Shown: piece after piece, positions 63,814 to 64,000 of the stretch
Layout of the letters: each line of letters starts with the position of its first letter
Position numbering within the stretch: position 1 is the stretch's first letter
Source of the DNA: an uncultured Alphaproteobacteria bacterium
Lineage (GTDB): Bacteria; Pseudomonadota; Alphaproteobacteria; Rhizobiales; Xanthobacteraceae
Direction of reading: 5' to 3'
Assembly (NCBI GenBank): GCA_963751535.1
Contig: CAVVUW010000001.1
Location: forward strand, 167,955 to 231,954
DNA length: 64,000 nucleotides
Translations under genes and position numbers: made by a program
Notes under the pieces: generated by a model
Seen by the model: the letters and a program-made list of their open reading frames with translations, nothing else
Database searches by the model: none
What the model was told of the DNA's origin: nothing

Positions 63814-64000
63814 TTAGAACCGCTTCGTTCGCACCACAGTCGGCCACCCGGCCTTTTCGGCGGCTGGCGACGCTACCCGTTCCGGCAGGAATTTCGGCCG
63901 ATCGCCGGTTGCCACCACCTGCACGACACGGAAGCCACGAGCCTTGAGCTCCTGGAGCAAGATTGGCAGTGCCGTAGCTGTGGCCGGATGAATGTCATGG
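63814..64000 (-). CDS. polysaccharide deacetylase family protein, C-terminal fragment (the 5' end lies outside the window)
   Basis: Hand translation of the minus strand gives HDIHPATATALPILLQELKARGFRVVQVVATGDRPKFLPE...RTKRF, with stop TAA at 63814-63816. It is not in the ORF track because no start lies in the window. Confidence 0.6.
   Translation of the reverse strand, partial: HDIHPATATALPILLQELKARGFRVVQVVATGDRPKFLPERVASPAAEKAGWPTVVRTKRF

Noticed and set aside
1-64000. Search for CRISPR arrays, rRNA, tRNA, IS elements with terminal inverted repeats, and integrases
   Set aside because: By-eye scanning of the intergenic regions found no spaced direct-repeat arrays and no T-loop-like GGTTCGAATCC-type motifs. 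There are no transposase-like or integrase-like ORFs in the track. A tRNAscan/Infernal run would be needed to exclude small RNAs rigorously.

Overview
This is a GC-rich chromosome segment that looks alphaproteobacterial, possibly Bradyrhizobiaceae/Nitrobacteraceae-like. That lineage call is inference from the many TTT/Bug transporters and a cattgcgagcg REP-like element. I support about 60 protein genes and saw no rRNA, tRNA or CRISPR array. Layout: (i) 1-20 kb holds transport genes (NMT1-type binding protein, OprB porin, CzcBA-type RND pump, TTT system 1) and a catabolic run (two MetE-like proteins, a FAD/Fe-S oxidase, a class V aminotransferase, an alpha/beta hydrolase, a benzoate-CoA-ligase-family enzyme). 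(ii) 20-35 kb holds a GntR regulator, a Liv-type ABC importer, three PuuE-like polysaccharide-deacetylase-fold paralogs, a FAH-family enzyme and an amidase. It also holds three small secreted 4-Cys proteins, pyrE and a cupin. (iii) 35-53 kb is the most interesting part, a dense organosulfonate cluster. It has a nine-gene co-directional array: TTT uptake, IclR, Xsc, CoA-acylating aldehyde dehydrogenase, SucCD-like ADP-forming CoA ligase, YeiH exporter. Next to it are a citrate-synthase-like gene divergent from pta, and split sulfopyruvate-decarboxylase-like comDE with a CrtI-like flavoenzyme, a Bug binding protein and an MLE-type enolase-superfamily enzyme. A 15-bp palindrome TCTCRC-N3-GTGAGA occurs three times, linking the array and the pta promoter region. 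(iv) 53.2-57.1 kb is a visibly AT-richer prophage remnant (XRE, Gp157, Rad52-like annealing protein fused to a Cys/His domain) plus an orphan BTLCP peptidase. (v) 57-64 kb holds a TetR-linked RND pump with a clear promoter/operator palindrome, a lipoprotein and a truncated deacetylase gene. Five genes are broken by a single nonsense codon or a 1-nt indel, three of them in homopolymer runs. I cannot tell from the sequence alone whether these are sequencing errors or true pseudogenes. All functional calls rest on my own motif and family recognition, and no database search was run.
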